DNA of 64,000 nt from an uncultured Verrucomicrobiae bacterium (lineage in GTDB: Bacteria > Verrucomicrobiota > Verrucomicrobiia > Chthoniobacterales > JAFAMB01), in contig CAVXLD010000001.1 of NCBI GenBank assembly GCA_963762565.1, positions 1,441,129 to 1,505,128 on the forward strand. Reading direction: 5' to 3'. How positions within the stretch are numbered: the stretch's first letter is position 1; every line of letters begins with the position of its first letter. Under the pieces are notes generated by a model that saw only the letters and a list, made by a program, of their open reading frames with translations, searched no databases and was not told the origin of the DNA. The position numbers and the translations under genes are program-made. Positions 9,507 through 20,097 of this stretch are shown here, piece by piece.

Positions 9507-9863
9507 TCACCCAAAGCCGGCAATAACTAGGAGCGCCAATAACACCACTGCTATCAAAAAGAACAGCAGCACGGCGTCCCCGAACGGATCCGGCAAGCGG
9601 ATACAACGCCTTCTTTGCTCCGCAGCCAAGCGAACCGTTTCTTCTAGCCCGAGTAATCGGTCCTCCGCCTCGGCTTCTTTTAAGAAAGCTCGCCGGGCAG
9701 TAAAGAAATCGATGATCTTTTCACTCTGCAAATCGGAGCTGACGGCCCTTTGCTGGGTCGTCTTGGCACTTTCAGGCTGTTCTGTCGTAATCATGGAGGG
9801 TTGGTAACAGCGAACCGACAGAGGCATAACCTCTGATCGAGTTACAGGTTGATTGAGATTCAC
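9507..9863 (-). CDS. Hypothetical protein with C-terminal TM anchor
   Basis: 118-aa ORF ending in a hydrophobic helix; start uncertain. Confidence 0.55.
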   Translation of the reverse strand: MNLNQPVTRSEVMPLSVRCYQPSMITTEQPESAKTTQQRAVSSDLQSEKIIDFFTARRAFLKEAEAEDRLLGLEETVRLAAEQRRRCIRLPDPFGDAVLLFFLIAVVLLALLVIAGFG

Positions 9864-9936
9864 CGTGAGCCGCGCTCAGCACGACTCAGGTTGACCGAAC
9901 GAAATACGCCGCGATTGCGGCGGAAAAGCGGAGGAT

Positions 9937-10017
9937 TTACGGCTTGGCCATCCCGAAGAAGGGCAATCCGACAATGCGACGCTGCGAGTGATACCAATCG
10001 GTGCGCGTTTTGATCAT
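9937..10017 (-). CDS. Candidate 26-aa small protein MIKTRTDWYHSQRRIVGLPFFGMAKP
   Basis: AAAGGAGG Shine-Dalgarno 4 nt upstream of ATG; below the ORF-track cutoff. Confidence 0.5.
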   Translation of the reverse strand: MIKTRTDWYHSQRRIVGLPFFGMAKP

Positions 10018-10080
10018 ATTGCCTCCTTTCAAGAGAGGTCGAGACTGAACCAGAAGAACGGGTATTCCGCAACTGAAAAG

Positions 10081-10914
10081 TTAGCGCGATCCCGGTTCTA
10101 CCTGCTCAATTTCTTCAGTGGTGACCCGAAAATGCTCTAGAGTATGCCTTCCAAACGCCATAGCGATGGGGACATCGCCAGCATCGCGGCCGCGGCCAAT
10201 CACAACTCGACCGATCCGGCGCGCGTTGTGTCGAGCATCAAATGTGTACCACCGGTTGCCTAGAAAAACCTCGAACCAAGCGCTGAAATCCATTGGATCC
10301 GGGGTGGCAGGAACCCCGATATCGCCCAGATAGCCGGTCACGTAGCGCGCAGGGAAATTGAGGCAACGGCACAATGTGATCGCCAAGTGGGTAAAGTCGC
10401 GGCAAACACCGACCCGTTCATGAAAAGCCTCAAGGGCCGTGCGGTTGGACCTCGCTTGCAGGTAGTCAAATCGGATATGCCGGTGGACAAAGTCACAGAC
10501 CGCTTGCACCCGGTGCCAACCGGTCGGGGTTGATCCGAAGGTGGACCAGGCAAAGTCGAGCAATTCGCTATCCACTTCGCAGTATCGGCTGGGAAGAACG
10601 AAAGCCAGTGTCTCGAGGGGCAAGGAAGTAACATCATTCTGGAGCTCGGCGGGAAAGCAAGGATCAGGCTCGCCCAAATCACGTATCACTGCCTCGTTGA
10701 TAAACCGGATGTTGCCCATGAGCGCATTCACGCGGCCACAGCGGTTCCCGAATCCGTCGAGATACTCTTCAATGGGCAAACTCGGCTCAACCCGGAAATT
10801 CTCGGGGGTTACCAAATCGGCGCCACGAGAAGGATGAACGCGTAATACGAAGACGATGGTGGTGGCAGCTGGGAGACCCAGGGCAATATCGTAACCTAGC
10901 TTGATAAAGATCAC
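10081..10914 (-). CDS. Transglutaminase-like protein
   Basis: PSRYCEVD, GVCRDFTHLAITLCR, PARYVTGYL, MDFSAWFEV, FDAR; GTG start overlaps the upstream TGA. Confidence 0.92.
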   Translation of the reverse strand: MIFIKLGYDIALGLPAATTIVFVLRVHPSRGADLVTPENFRVEPSLPIEEYLDGFGNRCGRVNALMGNIRFINEAVIRDLGEPDPCFPAELQNDVTSLPLETLAFVLPSRYCEVDSELLDFAWSTFGSTPTGWHRVQAVCDFVHRHIRFDYLQARSNRTALEAFHERVGVCRDFTHLAITLCRCLNFPARYVTGYLGDIGVPATPDPMDFSAWFEVFLGNRWYTFDARHNARRIGRVVIGRGRDAGDVPIAMAFGRHTLEHFRVTTEEIEQVEPGSR

Positions 10915-12119
10915 GCTGTCGCTCCCTTTTTGCCCCAATGCAGTAGGCATCGCACCAGGAGCTTAGGCCCAAATAACAAAGCGGATTCATTGAGGTCGAA
11001 AGTGGCAGTGTGCACTGGTGTTACTTTTCTTTCCGGAAAAGCTGTGCCCAAGGTCATCATACAGCCAGGCACTTTCGCGGTGTAATCGGCGAAATCCTCG
11101 CCCCCGAGGCTCGGTGGATCATTGCTGATCACGTTTTCGGAGCCCAGGAACTCGCGAGCGACTGCGGCGCAGGCGATAGCCGTGTGTTCGTCGTTCACCA
11201 TCCCGTTCAACAGACTTCTAAATGTCACCTTTATATCGGCTTTAAATGCCCGCGCGGTCGCCTCCGAAAGTCGTTCGAGGGTTGCACTGGCGTCGATCGC
11301 GACCTCCCCTCGAAGAGCGCGGATAGTTCCTTTTAATGTAACTAAATCCGGGATCACGTTGCTGGTGTGTCCACCCTGGATCATGCCAATCGTTATCACC
11401 AGAGGATCTCGGGTATCGGAACTCCGTGGCAGGGCTTGATAGATTAGAGTGACCAGATGAGCGGCTGCCGCAATCGGATCGATAGTGGAATACGGCCGGG
11501 CGGCGTGCCCTCCTCGTCCGTGGACTTCGATCGCAAAATCGCGACAAAAAGCGCTCCGGGGGCCGGGAGTAACTCCAACCTTCCCTTTTTGTCGATTCGG
11601 ATCGACATGCAGAGCCAGGATGCCGTCAACGCTCTCCAGTGCGCCTTCCTGTATCAATTGTTGAGCGCCCTGCCCCTCTTCTTCGCTAGGCTGGAAGATG
11701 ATGCGCCAAGAGAATGGTAATTTATTTTCCTGCTTAAGCGCCAGGGCTGTCGTCAACAGCATGGCGGTATGCGCATCGTGACCGCAGGCGTGCATTACCC
11801 CGGGGTTGTTCGAGCGATAAAGGGTGTCGGTTTCCTCCGGAATCGGTAAGGCATCGATGTCTGCTCGCAGCGCAATAACCGGAGCTCCCGGATCGGGCGA
11901 GCGCACAATATCGCCAATGATGCCACGCCCGTTCGCAGCCAATCGGTGCGGGATCGCCGCACCAGCGAGAACTTGGCTGATGAAACGAGCCGTGTTTGTC
12001 TCTTGGCCGCTGAGCTCCGGGTGTTGATGAATGTGACGCCGGAATGCGATGAGTTTAGGTTCGGTTTCTTCCAGGTAACTGTCTAGCCGCTGAACAACTT
12101 CGATCGATTGCTGCTCCAT
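10911..12119 (-). CDS. M20 family amidohydrolase
   Basis: RRHIHQHPELS, ALRADIDALP, MHACGHDAH, FQPSEE, GRGGHAARP, GGEDF. Confidence 0.95.
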   Translation of the reverse strand: MEQQSIEVVQRLDSYLEETEPKLIAFRRHIHQHPELSGQETNTARFISQVLAGAAIPHRLAANGRGIIGDIVRSPDPGAPVIALRADIDALPIPEETDTLYRSNNPGVMHACGHDAHTAMLLTTALALKQENKLPFSWRIIFQPSEEEGQGAQQLIQEGALESVDGILALHVDPNRQKGKVGVTPGPRSAFCRDFAIEVHGRGGHAARPYSTIDPIAAAAHLVTLIYQALPRSSDTRDPLVITIGMIQGGHTSNVIPDLVTLKGTIRALRGEVAIDASATLERLSEATARAFKADIKVTFRSLLNGMVNDEHTAIACAAVAREFLGSENVISNDPPSLGGEDFADYTAKVPGCMMTLGTAFPERKVTPVHTATFDLNESALLFGPKLLVRCLLHWGKKGATA

Positions 12120-12346
12120 CCGATGGAGACGACTTTAGCGCGGGACGGCCGCTTGTCCCAAGGATTTCGTGGAGCGAGTCTTAACTCGTAATCGTTCTCG
12201 TCGTTGTCGAGCGCGGTTGTGGCCAGCGCACGGAAGGGGCCTGCATCGCGCAAATCGAGGACGATTACGAGAGCCGTCGACGGCTCACGATTAGGGCGTT
12301 GACGCTTAAAGCAATCCCGTTTCTTCTTTGGGGGGAGACTTTCGCC

Positions 12347-13261
12347 ATGGAACCATCAACTGATCCATCTCGATTTGAGATAATGGAACGAGCCGTAGAG
12401 CTCAGGCTCGACTCTAAGAGATTGGCAGAGCTTCTGGATAATGGAGCCGAGTTTATCGTGACTTGGCGCGGTCAGAACTTGTTTGGTCAGAACGGTCTGG
12501 GAAAGCCAATTTTAGTTCCGGCAGCCCAGGCCAAACATTTAGCGACCCCGATTTTTCTAGGGTTGCGCCCGGATGGTGTAGGCTTGTTTGCCGTGAATGT
12601 GGCTGGCGCGGATACCGAGGAGGCAGCCTTGCGCGCGATCGGCGTTGGCGACTCATCCGCTTTTGTTCAGCTTCGCGAATTCAAGGGAACGTTAACCCCG
12701 GATGAACGGAGCGCTTTGCTCTATTCGCGGGCTTTAGTCCACTGGCACGATACCCAGCGATTTTGCAGCCGTTGTGGAAGTCCAACGGTCGATACTGAGG
12801 GCGGCCATGTCATGGTGTGTACCAATCCGGGATGTAAGCACCAGTATTTCCCCCGCAGTGATCCAGCGACGATCATGCTCGTTCATCGACCCGGTTTCTG
12901 TTTGCTAGGGCGGCAGCCCAGCTGGCCCGAAGGCGTCTATTCAACGTTAGCTGGATTCGTCGAGGCCGGAGAAAGCGCAGAACAGGCCGTCGTCCGGGAA
13001 GTAAAAGAAGAAAGCGGGATCGAGATCCAAAACCTGCGCTATTTCAGGTCTCAACCTTGGCCGTTTCCGCAGTCTCTGATGTTAGGGTTTTTCGCCGAGG
13101 CAGTTACAACTGAGATTGTTTGTGGGAGCGAACTGGCGGATGTCCGCTGGTTTAGCGTTGAAGAGACCCGGACCCTACTAGCGCGGCTTTCCACCCGCAT
13201 GCCTCACCTGGACACAATCGCGCGGAGATTGATCCGAACGTGGTTAGAACAGCAGGCGTAG
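12347..13261 (+). CDS. nudC: NAD(+) diphosphatase
   Basis: Zn ribbon FCSRCG...C..C, Nudix box GFVEAGESAEQAVVREVKEESG, SQPWPFPQSLM. Confidence 0.95.
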   Translation: MEPSTDPSRFEIMERAVELRLDSKRLAELLDNGAEFIVTWRGQNLFGQNGLGKPILVPAAQAKHLATPIFLGLRPDGVGLFAVNVAGADTEEAALRAIGVGDSSAFVQLREFKGTLTPDERSALLYSRALVHWHDTQRFCSRCGSPTVDTEGGHVMVCTNPGCKHQYFPRSDPATIMLVHRPGFCLLGRQPSWPEGVYSTLAGFVEAGESAEQAVVREVKEESGIEIQNLRYFRSQPWPFPQSLMLGFFAEAVTTEIVCGSELADVRWFSVEETRTLLARLSTRMPHLDTIARRLIRTWLEQQA

Positions 13262-13270
13262 CGAAGACAA

Positions 13271-13514
13271 AAAATCTCACGCAAAGACGCCAAGGCGCAA
13301 AGTTCGAAGAAGAAAGCCGGAATAGCCGCGAAAGAACGCAAAAAACGCAAAAAAAAGACAGCCCCGGTAGGGCGAGGCTTCATTCCCCCTGCGACCTCTT
13401 TGGGTTTTTCCGGAGCCTAGCCCTACCAACTTTCTTTGCGTTCTTTGCGATCTTTCGCGGCTAATTTTGCCTTCTGTCTTTCCTTTGCGTCTTGGCGTCT
13501 TTGCGTGAGATTTT
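13271..13514. repeat. Triple-nested palindromic element
   Basis: Outer IR 13271-13302/13483-13514, middle IR 13323-13354/13432-13463, inner family-A REP pair 13366-13427. Confidence 0.9.
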
Positions 13515-13538
13515 CAGCTTTGAGCACATTTTCCGGAC

Positions 13539-14090
13539 GTGAAAGAGAAGATCATTCTATCCACGGTCAGTGCCTGGGAGCTTGGCGACCATTTTGAATC
13601 TGCGCAGGCGCAAAAGAATGACGCCTTGCGTGAAGCGAAAGTTGCGAAGCTGGACGGAGATCTGAGCGAGAACGCCCCTTACCAGGCAGCTAAAGAAAAG
13701 TTTCGGACCATGGGCCGGATACAACGGCGATTGACCCGGGAAATGGATCAATTGTTGAAAGAGGGGCATCGTCTCGTGGATCCGCTAACTTGGGCCAGCG
13801 ACAGCGTTGCGGAAGTCGTCGAGCTGGGCGCCGTAGTGGTGATCGATCTAGATGGTGAACGCGAGAAGTTCCTGGTTGCAGGCGCACGCGACCATCATAT
13901 CCCCAATGAAGGCGACATCCTTCCGATTCCTTATAGCTCGCCTTTGGGAGGCGCGTTGATCGGGAAACACGACCAGGAGCGTTTCACGGTGACCATCCGG
14001 GACGCCGTGCGCAGCGTGTACATCCACTCCATTCGCCGCCCGACCAGAGAAGAGATTCTGGCGATCTTTCCGGTGTTGAGGGAAGCGTGA
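13539..14090 (+). CDS. GreA/GreB family transcription elongation factor-like protein
   Basis: GDLSENAPYQAAKE, VELGAVV, SSPLGGALIGK. Confidence 0.85.
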   Translation: MKEKIILSTVSAWELGDHFESAQAQKNDALREAKVAKLDGDLSENAPYQAAKEKFRTMGRIQRRLTREMDQLLKEGHRLVDPLTWASDSVAEVVELGAVVVIDLDGEREKFLVAGARDHHIPNEGDILPIPYSSPLGGALIGKHDQERFTVTIRDAVRSVYIHSIRRPTREEILAIFPVLREA

Positions 14091-14098
14091 GGCGTAAG

Positions 14099-14218
14099 GG
14101 AGGGCGCGCGTCCTCGCGCGCCGCGAAGACGTTCCAAGCCTGAGAGTGTATTTACGTCGCTCGTGGCAAGATTGCGACCGGCTTCGATAACGGCGGATCG
14201 CGGGGACGCGATCCCTCC
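14099..14218. repeat. REPIN-like element, family C (120 bp)
   Basis: GGAG+GGCGCGCG-TCCT-CGCGCGCC at one end, inverted GGAG+GGATCGCG..CGCGATCC at the other. Confidence 0.9.
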
Positions 14219-14220
14219 CC

Positions 14221-15330
14221 CTAAACCAGATTCTCCGGATTCAGCGCCTTTAATTCCTCTAGAACGAATTTGCCGTCTTTTCTGATCAGCTTCTTATCGA
14301 AGTAGATTTCACCACCGCCGTATTCCGGACGCTGGATACAAACCAGATCCCAGTGAACCTGGCTTCGATTGCCGTTATCCGCCTCCTCATAGGCTTGCCC
14401 TGGGGTGAAATGGAATGAGCCGGCGATCTTTTCATCGAACAAGATGTCGCGCATTGGTTCGAGGATGAAGGGATTGAACCCAAGAGCAAACTCGCCGATG
14501 AACCGTGCTCCGTCGTCGGTGTCGAGGATCTCATTGATCCGAGCGGTATTGCTGCCGATGGCGTCCGTTATTCGCCCGTCTTTAAATGTGAGCTTTATCG
14601 AATCGAAGGCGACACCTTGATAGATGGTTGGCGCGTTATATTGGACCTGGCCCTGAACTGAATCCCGGACCGGACAAGTGAATACCTCCCCGTCGGGAAT
14701 ATTATGCGATCCGCTGCAGGGCACCGTCGAAATGCCTCGAATACTAAAGTTCAAATCGGTCCCCGGGCCAGTGATTCGGACCCGATCGGTATCGTTCATC
14801 AGAGCCACCAACGGTTTCATGGCGGCTGCCATTTTCGAATAGTTCAAGGTGCACACTCGAAAAAAGAAATCTTCAAATGCTTCCGTGCTCATCCCTGCCA
14901 TCTGGGCCATGGAAGATGTCGGCCAGCGTAAAACTACCCACTTTGTCTGGTAGACCCGCTGATCGAGCACCGGTTTCAGTAGCTTCATGGCCAGCTTCAT
15001 CCGATCCGGTGGAACATCCGATTGTTCGGTGATGTTATGGCTGCCGCGGACCGCTATGTACGCGATAACCCCTTTCATCCTGACCATCTCGTACTCAGCC
15101 ATCAATTCGTACTGGCTCTCTTCGGCTTCTCGAAGCAATTCCCGGTTGATAGCGTGGCTTTGCAGGTTAGCCAAAGGAATTGCGCCTTTTTCGCGGGCCT
15201 TCCGAATCAGAGCAATGACGATCTCAGGCGGCGCGTCAAAAGAGTCGATAAGGACTTTTTCTCCGCTTTGTAGACGGGTGGAAAACCCGGTCAGAACTTC
15301 GGCTAACTGGTCATAACGCGGGTCACGCAT
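14221..15330 (-). CDS. Aminopeptidase, M29 (AmpS/thermophilic metalloprotease) family
   Basis: [45 protein letters not shown]. Confidence 0.93.
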   Translation of the reverse strand: MRDPRYDQLAEVLTGFSTRLQSGEKVLIDSFDAPPEIVIALIRKAREKGAIPLANLQSHAINRELLREAEESQYELMAEYEMVRMKGVIAYIAVRGSHNITEQSDVPPDRMKLAMKLLKPVLDQRVYQTKWVVLRWPTSSMAQMAGMSTEAFEDFFFRVCTLNYSKMAAAMKPLVALMNDTDRVRITGPGTDLNFSIRGISTVPCSGSHNIPDGEVFTCPVRDSVQGQVQYNAPTIYQGVAFDSIKLTFKDGRITDAIGSNTARINEILDTDDGARFIGEFALGFNPFILEPMRDILFDEKIAGSFHFTPGQAYEEADNGNRSQVHWDLVCIQRPEYGGGEIYFDKKLIRKDGKFVLEELKALNPENLV

Positions 15331-15406
15331 AGGATTGGATGAATTTGAATTGGGTTAGACTTACTTTTAGAAAGTGGTACTGCAACTGAAAACGCCGGGT
15401 TTTAAC

Positions 15407-15880
15407 ATGTTAGGCAAGATCGTGCCTGAGGCCGAGGCAGCCATCATCAGGAAGAGTTACGCGCAGCAACGAGTTGTATTCACCAACGGTTGCTTCGACA
15501 TCCTGCACGTCGGCCATATCCGTTATCTAACGGCTGCGAAGCAGCTAGGAGATATTCTGGTGGTTGGATTAAACAGCGACGATTCGGTGCGCCAGTTAAA
15601 AGGACCCGGCAGACCAATCAATTCAGAGGCCGATCGAGCGGAAATCTTAGCAGCGTTAGCCGTAGTGGACCATGTCGTGATTTTTCAGGAGATGCGCGCA
15701 AGCCGGTTGATCACTCTTTTGCGGCCAGATTTCTATGTTAAAGGAGGAGATTACTCCATAGATGGCCTGGACCGGAGTGAGGTCGATGCGCTACGCTCAG
15801 TAGGCGCCGAGATCAAGATTGTGCCACTTGTGCCTGGCCGGTCTACGACCCGGCTAATCGAAGGTATCCAGAACACATGA
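15407..15880 (+). CDS. rfaE2: D-glycero-beta-D-manno-heptose 1-phosphate adenylyltransferase
   Basis: VFTNGCFDILHVGH, VGLNSDDSV, KGPGRPI, KGGDY, STT. Confidence 0.92.
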   Translation: MLGKIVPEAEAAIIRKSYAQQRVVFTNGCFDILHVGHIRYLTAAKQLGDILVVGLNSDDSVRQLKGPGRPINSEADRAEILAALAVVDHVVIFQEMRASRLITLLRPDFYVKGGDYSIDGLDRSEVDALRSVGAEIKIVPLVPGRSTTRLIEGIQNT

Positions 15881-16473
15881 ACAGGCGAATAAAGCTTGGG
15901 GTGCTTGGCTCCGGTAAGGGCTCCAATTTCAAGGCTATTATGGAGCAAATCATTGACGGGAAATTGCCCGCTGAGGTTCGGCTCGTGATTTCGGATGTGC
16001 CTGATGCCGGTATCCTCTCTTACGCGCGAGATTTTCAGGTGCCGGCTCTTTTCGTGAACCCTGGCAAATACCGGACGCGCCTGGAGACGGAGGTAGAGCA
16101 GGATATCGTGAGACTGCTGCAGGAAGCCGGGGTGGAGTTAGTGGTTCTGGCCGGGTTTATGCGAGTTTTGAAGGAGCCACTGCTGAAAGCTTTCTCTAAA
16201 TCGATCATCAATATCCATCCTTCTCTATTGCCAAAATATAAGGGGTTAGAGGCATGGAAACGGGCTTTGGAAGCGGGAGAAAAAGTCACTGGCTGCACGG
16301 TTCATTACGTTGACGCTGCAGTCGATGCCGGCCACGTCTTAGGTCAACGGGAAGTGGCCATCCAACCTGACGATACCCCCGCTTCATTACACGCCAGAAT
16401 CCAGGAAGCCGAACACGACCTTCTGCCCGAGGTGGTGCGGCAAATCGCGCTTAGCAAGAAAGGAGCTAGCTAG
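15877..16473 (+). CDS. purN: Phosphoribosylglycinamide formyltransferase
   Basis: GSGKGSNF, VLAGFMR, INIHPSLLP, TGCTVHYV. Confidence 0.96.
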   Translation: MNRRIKLGVLGSGKGSNFKAIMEQIIDGKLPAEVRLVISDVPDAGILSYARDFQVPALFVNPGKYRTRLETEVEQDIVRLLQEAGVELVVLAGFMRVLKEPLLKAFSKSIINIHPSLLPKYKGLEAWKRALEAGEKVTGCTVHYVDAAVDAGHVLGQREVAIQPDDTPASLHARIQEAEHDLLPEVVRQIALSKKGAS

Positions 16474-16579
16474 GAGGCGAAACGGCGAAAGGGCGACTGA
16501 GCGAAACGGCGAACGGACGCGTCACGGTTTCGGCGCGCCAGTGAGCAAAAGTGGCATATAAGTGAAGCACTCACATTAG

Positions 16580-17080
<501 letters not shown>

Positions 17081-17180
17081 GCATGGTCACCTGTTTGCTA
17101 TCCGGTCGCCGTGGTCTACGCCGATACGCTCCCGCGTCCGCACCCAAACGCCGGCGCGCCTTATTCAGTCTGTCTTGGCT

Positions 17181-17576
17181 ATGGACGAGGTGACTACCGT
17201 TTCTCCCGACCTGCAGGCCTCATTGATTTGTGAAGATGTCAGGCAGGAAGTTAACGGTATGCAGACGCTGGTCGGCATCATAAATATGATTCCTGCCAGG
17301 GTGCTGCCAGTGGCGATCCTGAAGCTGTGCGTCTGGACCCGGTGGTCTAGCGGCATTGGTCGTTTTCGACAAGTATCCCGGATCTTGGGCGCCGACGAAG
17401 AGCAGGTATTGGCGGAGTCCCAAATTGAGTTCGAATTAAAAGAACTGGAGAGCCATGTCACCAACGTCAATTTGTTTACGGGGGTACAGTTCCAGCGATA
17501 TGGTCTGCACTACGTGGAGATCTTGTTGGAGAATGAATTAAGGCTGCGTTATCCCGTTCCGGTGGTGAAAGTGTGA
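17181..17576 (+). CDS. Hypothetical beta-rich protein (DUF6941-like)
   Basis: LICEDVRQEVNG..TLVGI N-terminal motif. Confidence 0.65.
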   Translation: MDEVTTVSPDLQASLICEDVRQEVNGMQTLVGIINMIPARVLPVAILKLCVWTRWSSGIGRFRQVSRILGADEEQVLAESQIEFELKELESHVTNVNLFTGVQFQRYGLHYVEILLENELRLRYPVPVVKV

Positions 17577-17637
17577 GGGGCTGGGGTTGGGGTTCGACCT
17601 GGCCCAGCGAACACCTGGGACTAGGCACGGATGGGAT

Positions 17638-17668
17638 CCGCCTTCGCAAAGCCTACGTCGCGACAGGC
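17638..17668 (+). repeat. 31-bp mini-element within a 9-mer repeat arm
   Basis: CCGCCTTCGCAAAGCCTACGTCGCGACAGGC; near-identical copies at 38868-38898 and 44362-44392. Confidence 0.85.
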
Positions 17669-17834
17669 TTTATAGGACCTATGGGACTAAATGGGGGAGC
17701 CCACGAACAGGCAAATGATAGAGCTGCCGCCGGTCAAAGCCCGGGTGCAACCTACCCTCGCTTCTCACCCATTCGACCCGCTCGATGCTTGCTCGGGGCA
17801 GGCCTCTCACCAATCACTTCTCACCTCTCACTTC

Positions 17835-19292
17835 TCACCTCTCACCCAAGAGTGGCTTCGCCAGATGCCAATCGGTGTTCTGCTCATAAGCGTGTGCCAC
17901 TCGCAACACGGTGGCTTCGTCCAGTGCTTTGCCTAGGATTTGCAATCCGATCGGCAATTTCTTTCCTTCAACCTCGGCGAAACCACACGGGATACTAATC
18001 CCGCAAATCCCGGCCATGTTCGCAGCCAAAGTGAAAATATCCGCCAGATACATTTGCAGCGGGTCACCGGTCCGCTCGCCCAGTTTGAACGCTGGAATCG
18101 GGGAAGTCGGGCACAGAATGGCGTCAACTTTGGCAAAAGCGTCATCAAAATCGCGCCGAATCAAGGTCCTTACTTTCTGAGCACGCAAATAGTAGGCATC
18201 GTAATAGCCGGAGCTCAGAGCATAAGTACCCAGGATGATCCGCCGTTTTACTTCCTGTCCGAAACCCTCCTCCCGGGTCTTGCCATAATGATCCAGCAAA
18301 CCAGTGGTTCCTTCAGCCCGGAAGCCATAACGGACACCATCGAATCGGGCGAGATTGGCTGAAGCCTCAGCTGGAGCGATGATGTAGTAAGTGCTCAGGG
18401 CATACTCGGTGTGGGGCAGCGAAATATCGACGACCTTCGCACCCAGCTTTTCGTAGCGAGCAACGGCAGCTCGCACTGTTTCTTCAACCTGAGGATCCAG
18501 ACCTTCAATGAAATATTCTTTGGGCAACCCGAGAGTAAGCCCCCTTACTCCTTGGTCCAGATCCGCTGTGTAATCAGGAACCGGCGCATCCAACGTTGTT
18601 GAATCGCACGGATCCACCCCACTGATGACGTTCATGATAAGTGCCGCGTCACGGACGTCCTTTGCGAGCGGTCCGATCTGGTCCAAAGACGAAGCAAACG
18701 CGACCAAACCATAACGGGAAACGCGCCCATAAGTCGGTTTGACGCCCACGCAGCCGCAAAGGGCAGCGGGTTGACGAATCGAGCCTCCGGTATCAGAGCC
18801 AAGCGCAGCCAATGCTTCATCGGCAGCGACCACCGCGGAGGACCCGCCACTTGAACCGCCGGGCGCTCGTTCCGGGTCCCAAGGGTTATGGGTCGGCCCG
18901 AATGCAGAATTTTCCGTAGACGACCCCATGGCGAACTCGTCCATGTTCGTCCGGCCGAAAGGGATGGCGCCCGCTGCTCGCAATTTTTTGATTACGGTGG
19001 CGTCGAACGGAGCGGTATAGCCTTTTAAAATCTTGGAAGCGCAGCCGCAGGGATGACCTTTAACACTGACGACATCCTTGATGGCAATGGGAATACCTCC
19101 CAGCGGAAGAGAAACGTCCGCGTGCTCCGCCTCCTCCAAAGCGCGCTGCGGATCGAACGATAAGTATCCGTGAACCACTTCGTCGACCTGTTCGATTCGT
19201 CTGATTAGCGCTTCGACAATCTCTTTCGGCGATATCTCTTTCCGCCGAAGCAGGTCCAGAGCCTCGTGAACGGTGAGTGAAGACAATCCCAC
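17835..19292 (-). CDS. gatA: Glu-tRNA(Gln)/Asp-tRNA(Asn) amidotransferase subunit A
   Basis: TNMDEFAMGSSTENS, PGGSSGGS, GSDTGGSIRQPA, EVKRRIILGTYALSSGYYDAYY. Confidence 0.97.
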   Translation of the reverse strand: MGLSSLTVHEALDLLRRKEISPKEIVEALIRRIEQVDEVVHGYLSFDPQRALEEAEHADVSLPLGGIPIAIKDVVSVKGHPCGCASKILKGYTAPFDATVIKKLRAAGAIPFGRTNMDEFAMGSSTENSAFGPTHNPWDPERAPGGSSGGSSAVVAADEALAALGSDTGGSIRQPAALCGCVGVKPTYGRVSRYGLVAFASSLDQIGPLAKDVRDAALIMNVISGVDPCDSTTLDAPVPDYTADLDQGVRGLTLGLPKEYFIEGLDPQVEETVRAAVARYEKLGAKVVDISLPHTEYALSTYYIIAPAEASANLARFDGVRYGFRAEGTTGLLDHYGKTREEGFGQEVKRRIILGTYALSSGYYDAYYLRAQKVRTLIRRDFDDAFAKVDAILCPTSPIPAFKLGERTGDPLQMYLADIFTLAANMAGICGISIPCGFAEVEGKKLPIGLQILGKALDEATVLRVAHAYEQNTDWHLAKPLLGER

Positions 19293-19293
19293 G

Positions 19294-19581
19294 TTATTCC
19301 ACCACTTTAGTTACGATGAATAATCCTTGAGCCTGACGCGGGGCGTTTGCCAGCGCGGCTTCCCGCTCGAGGCAGGGCCGGGTCTGGTCCTCACGAAAGA
19401 TGTTATAGATCGGGAAACTGTGGGCAGTCGGTTCGACCTGGCTGACATCGAGTTGGTTAAGCTTCTCGACATGCTCGAGCACATGGCCAAGCTGCGACTC
19501 GAAAGTGGCAATTTCCGCAGGCTCCAGCTTTATCCGAGCAAGCCCGGCCAAATATCGCACGTTGAATTTTTCTGCGTTCAT
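19294..19581 (-). CDS. gatC: Amidotransferase subunit C
   Basis: VRYLAGLARI, VEPT, FRED, LANAP; immediately upstream of gatA. Confidence 0.93.
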   Translation of the reverse strand: MNAEKFNVRYLAGLARIKLEPAEIATFESQLGHVLEHVEKLNQLDVSQVEPTAHSFPIYNIFREDQTRPCLEREAALANAPRQAQGLFIVTKVVE

Positions 19582-19716
19582 CGAGAAGCCTTAACGAATA
19601 GAACGCCCTAGAAACGCCGTCAACGCCCTTAGCAACGCCGGGACCGCCGCGATCGCCGACAACGCCGACAACGAGATCAGATGCCGGCGATGACGGCGAT
19701 AAGGGTTTTGTCGGCG

Positions 19717-20097
19717 TTACAAATGGTTCATGAGCTGCATGACGAGATACACCACGATACTTCCCGCAACGATCACGGCGCCGAGCAGAGCAACCAACCG
19801 GAGCCGGGCGGCCCGGCGTTGTGCCCGGCGGGGTCTGGGCGGCCTGTCGATTAAAACATCGGATTGATGCCGAACATCCTCGAGAATATCCGGTGAATCC
19901 AAAGGGCTCCGCCGAGTGCTCGCGCGCGCGATTCGTTCCTGGCGGTCCTGTTCCAACCTTTCCTCGGCAAGTTTAGGCGCGTCGGAAATGACCTTCTCCA
20001 ACTCGGCCATTTCCCTCCGCAACGCTTCCTCTTGCTTGGCCAGTTGTTCTTTCTGAGAATCGATCGGCGTTTGGCGGAATTGTTTGCGGTGCATCAC
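19717..20097 (-). CDS. Hypothetical coiled-coil protein with C-terminal TM helix
   Basis: Charged helical N-terminus and hydrophobic tail; start overlaps the upstream stop. Confidence 0.7.
   Translation of the reverse strand: MMHRKQFRQTPIDSQKEQLAKQEEALRREMAELEKVISDAPKLAEERLEQDRQERIARASTRRSPLDSPDILEDVRHQSDVLIDRPPRPRRAQRRAARLRLVALLGAVIVAGSIVVYLVMQLMNHL

Noticed and set aside
13539..14090. GreA-like protein as a catalytically dead inhibitor
   Set aside because: The acidic tip residues (DLSE) are intact; only the N-terminus is divergent.
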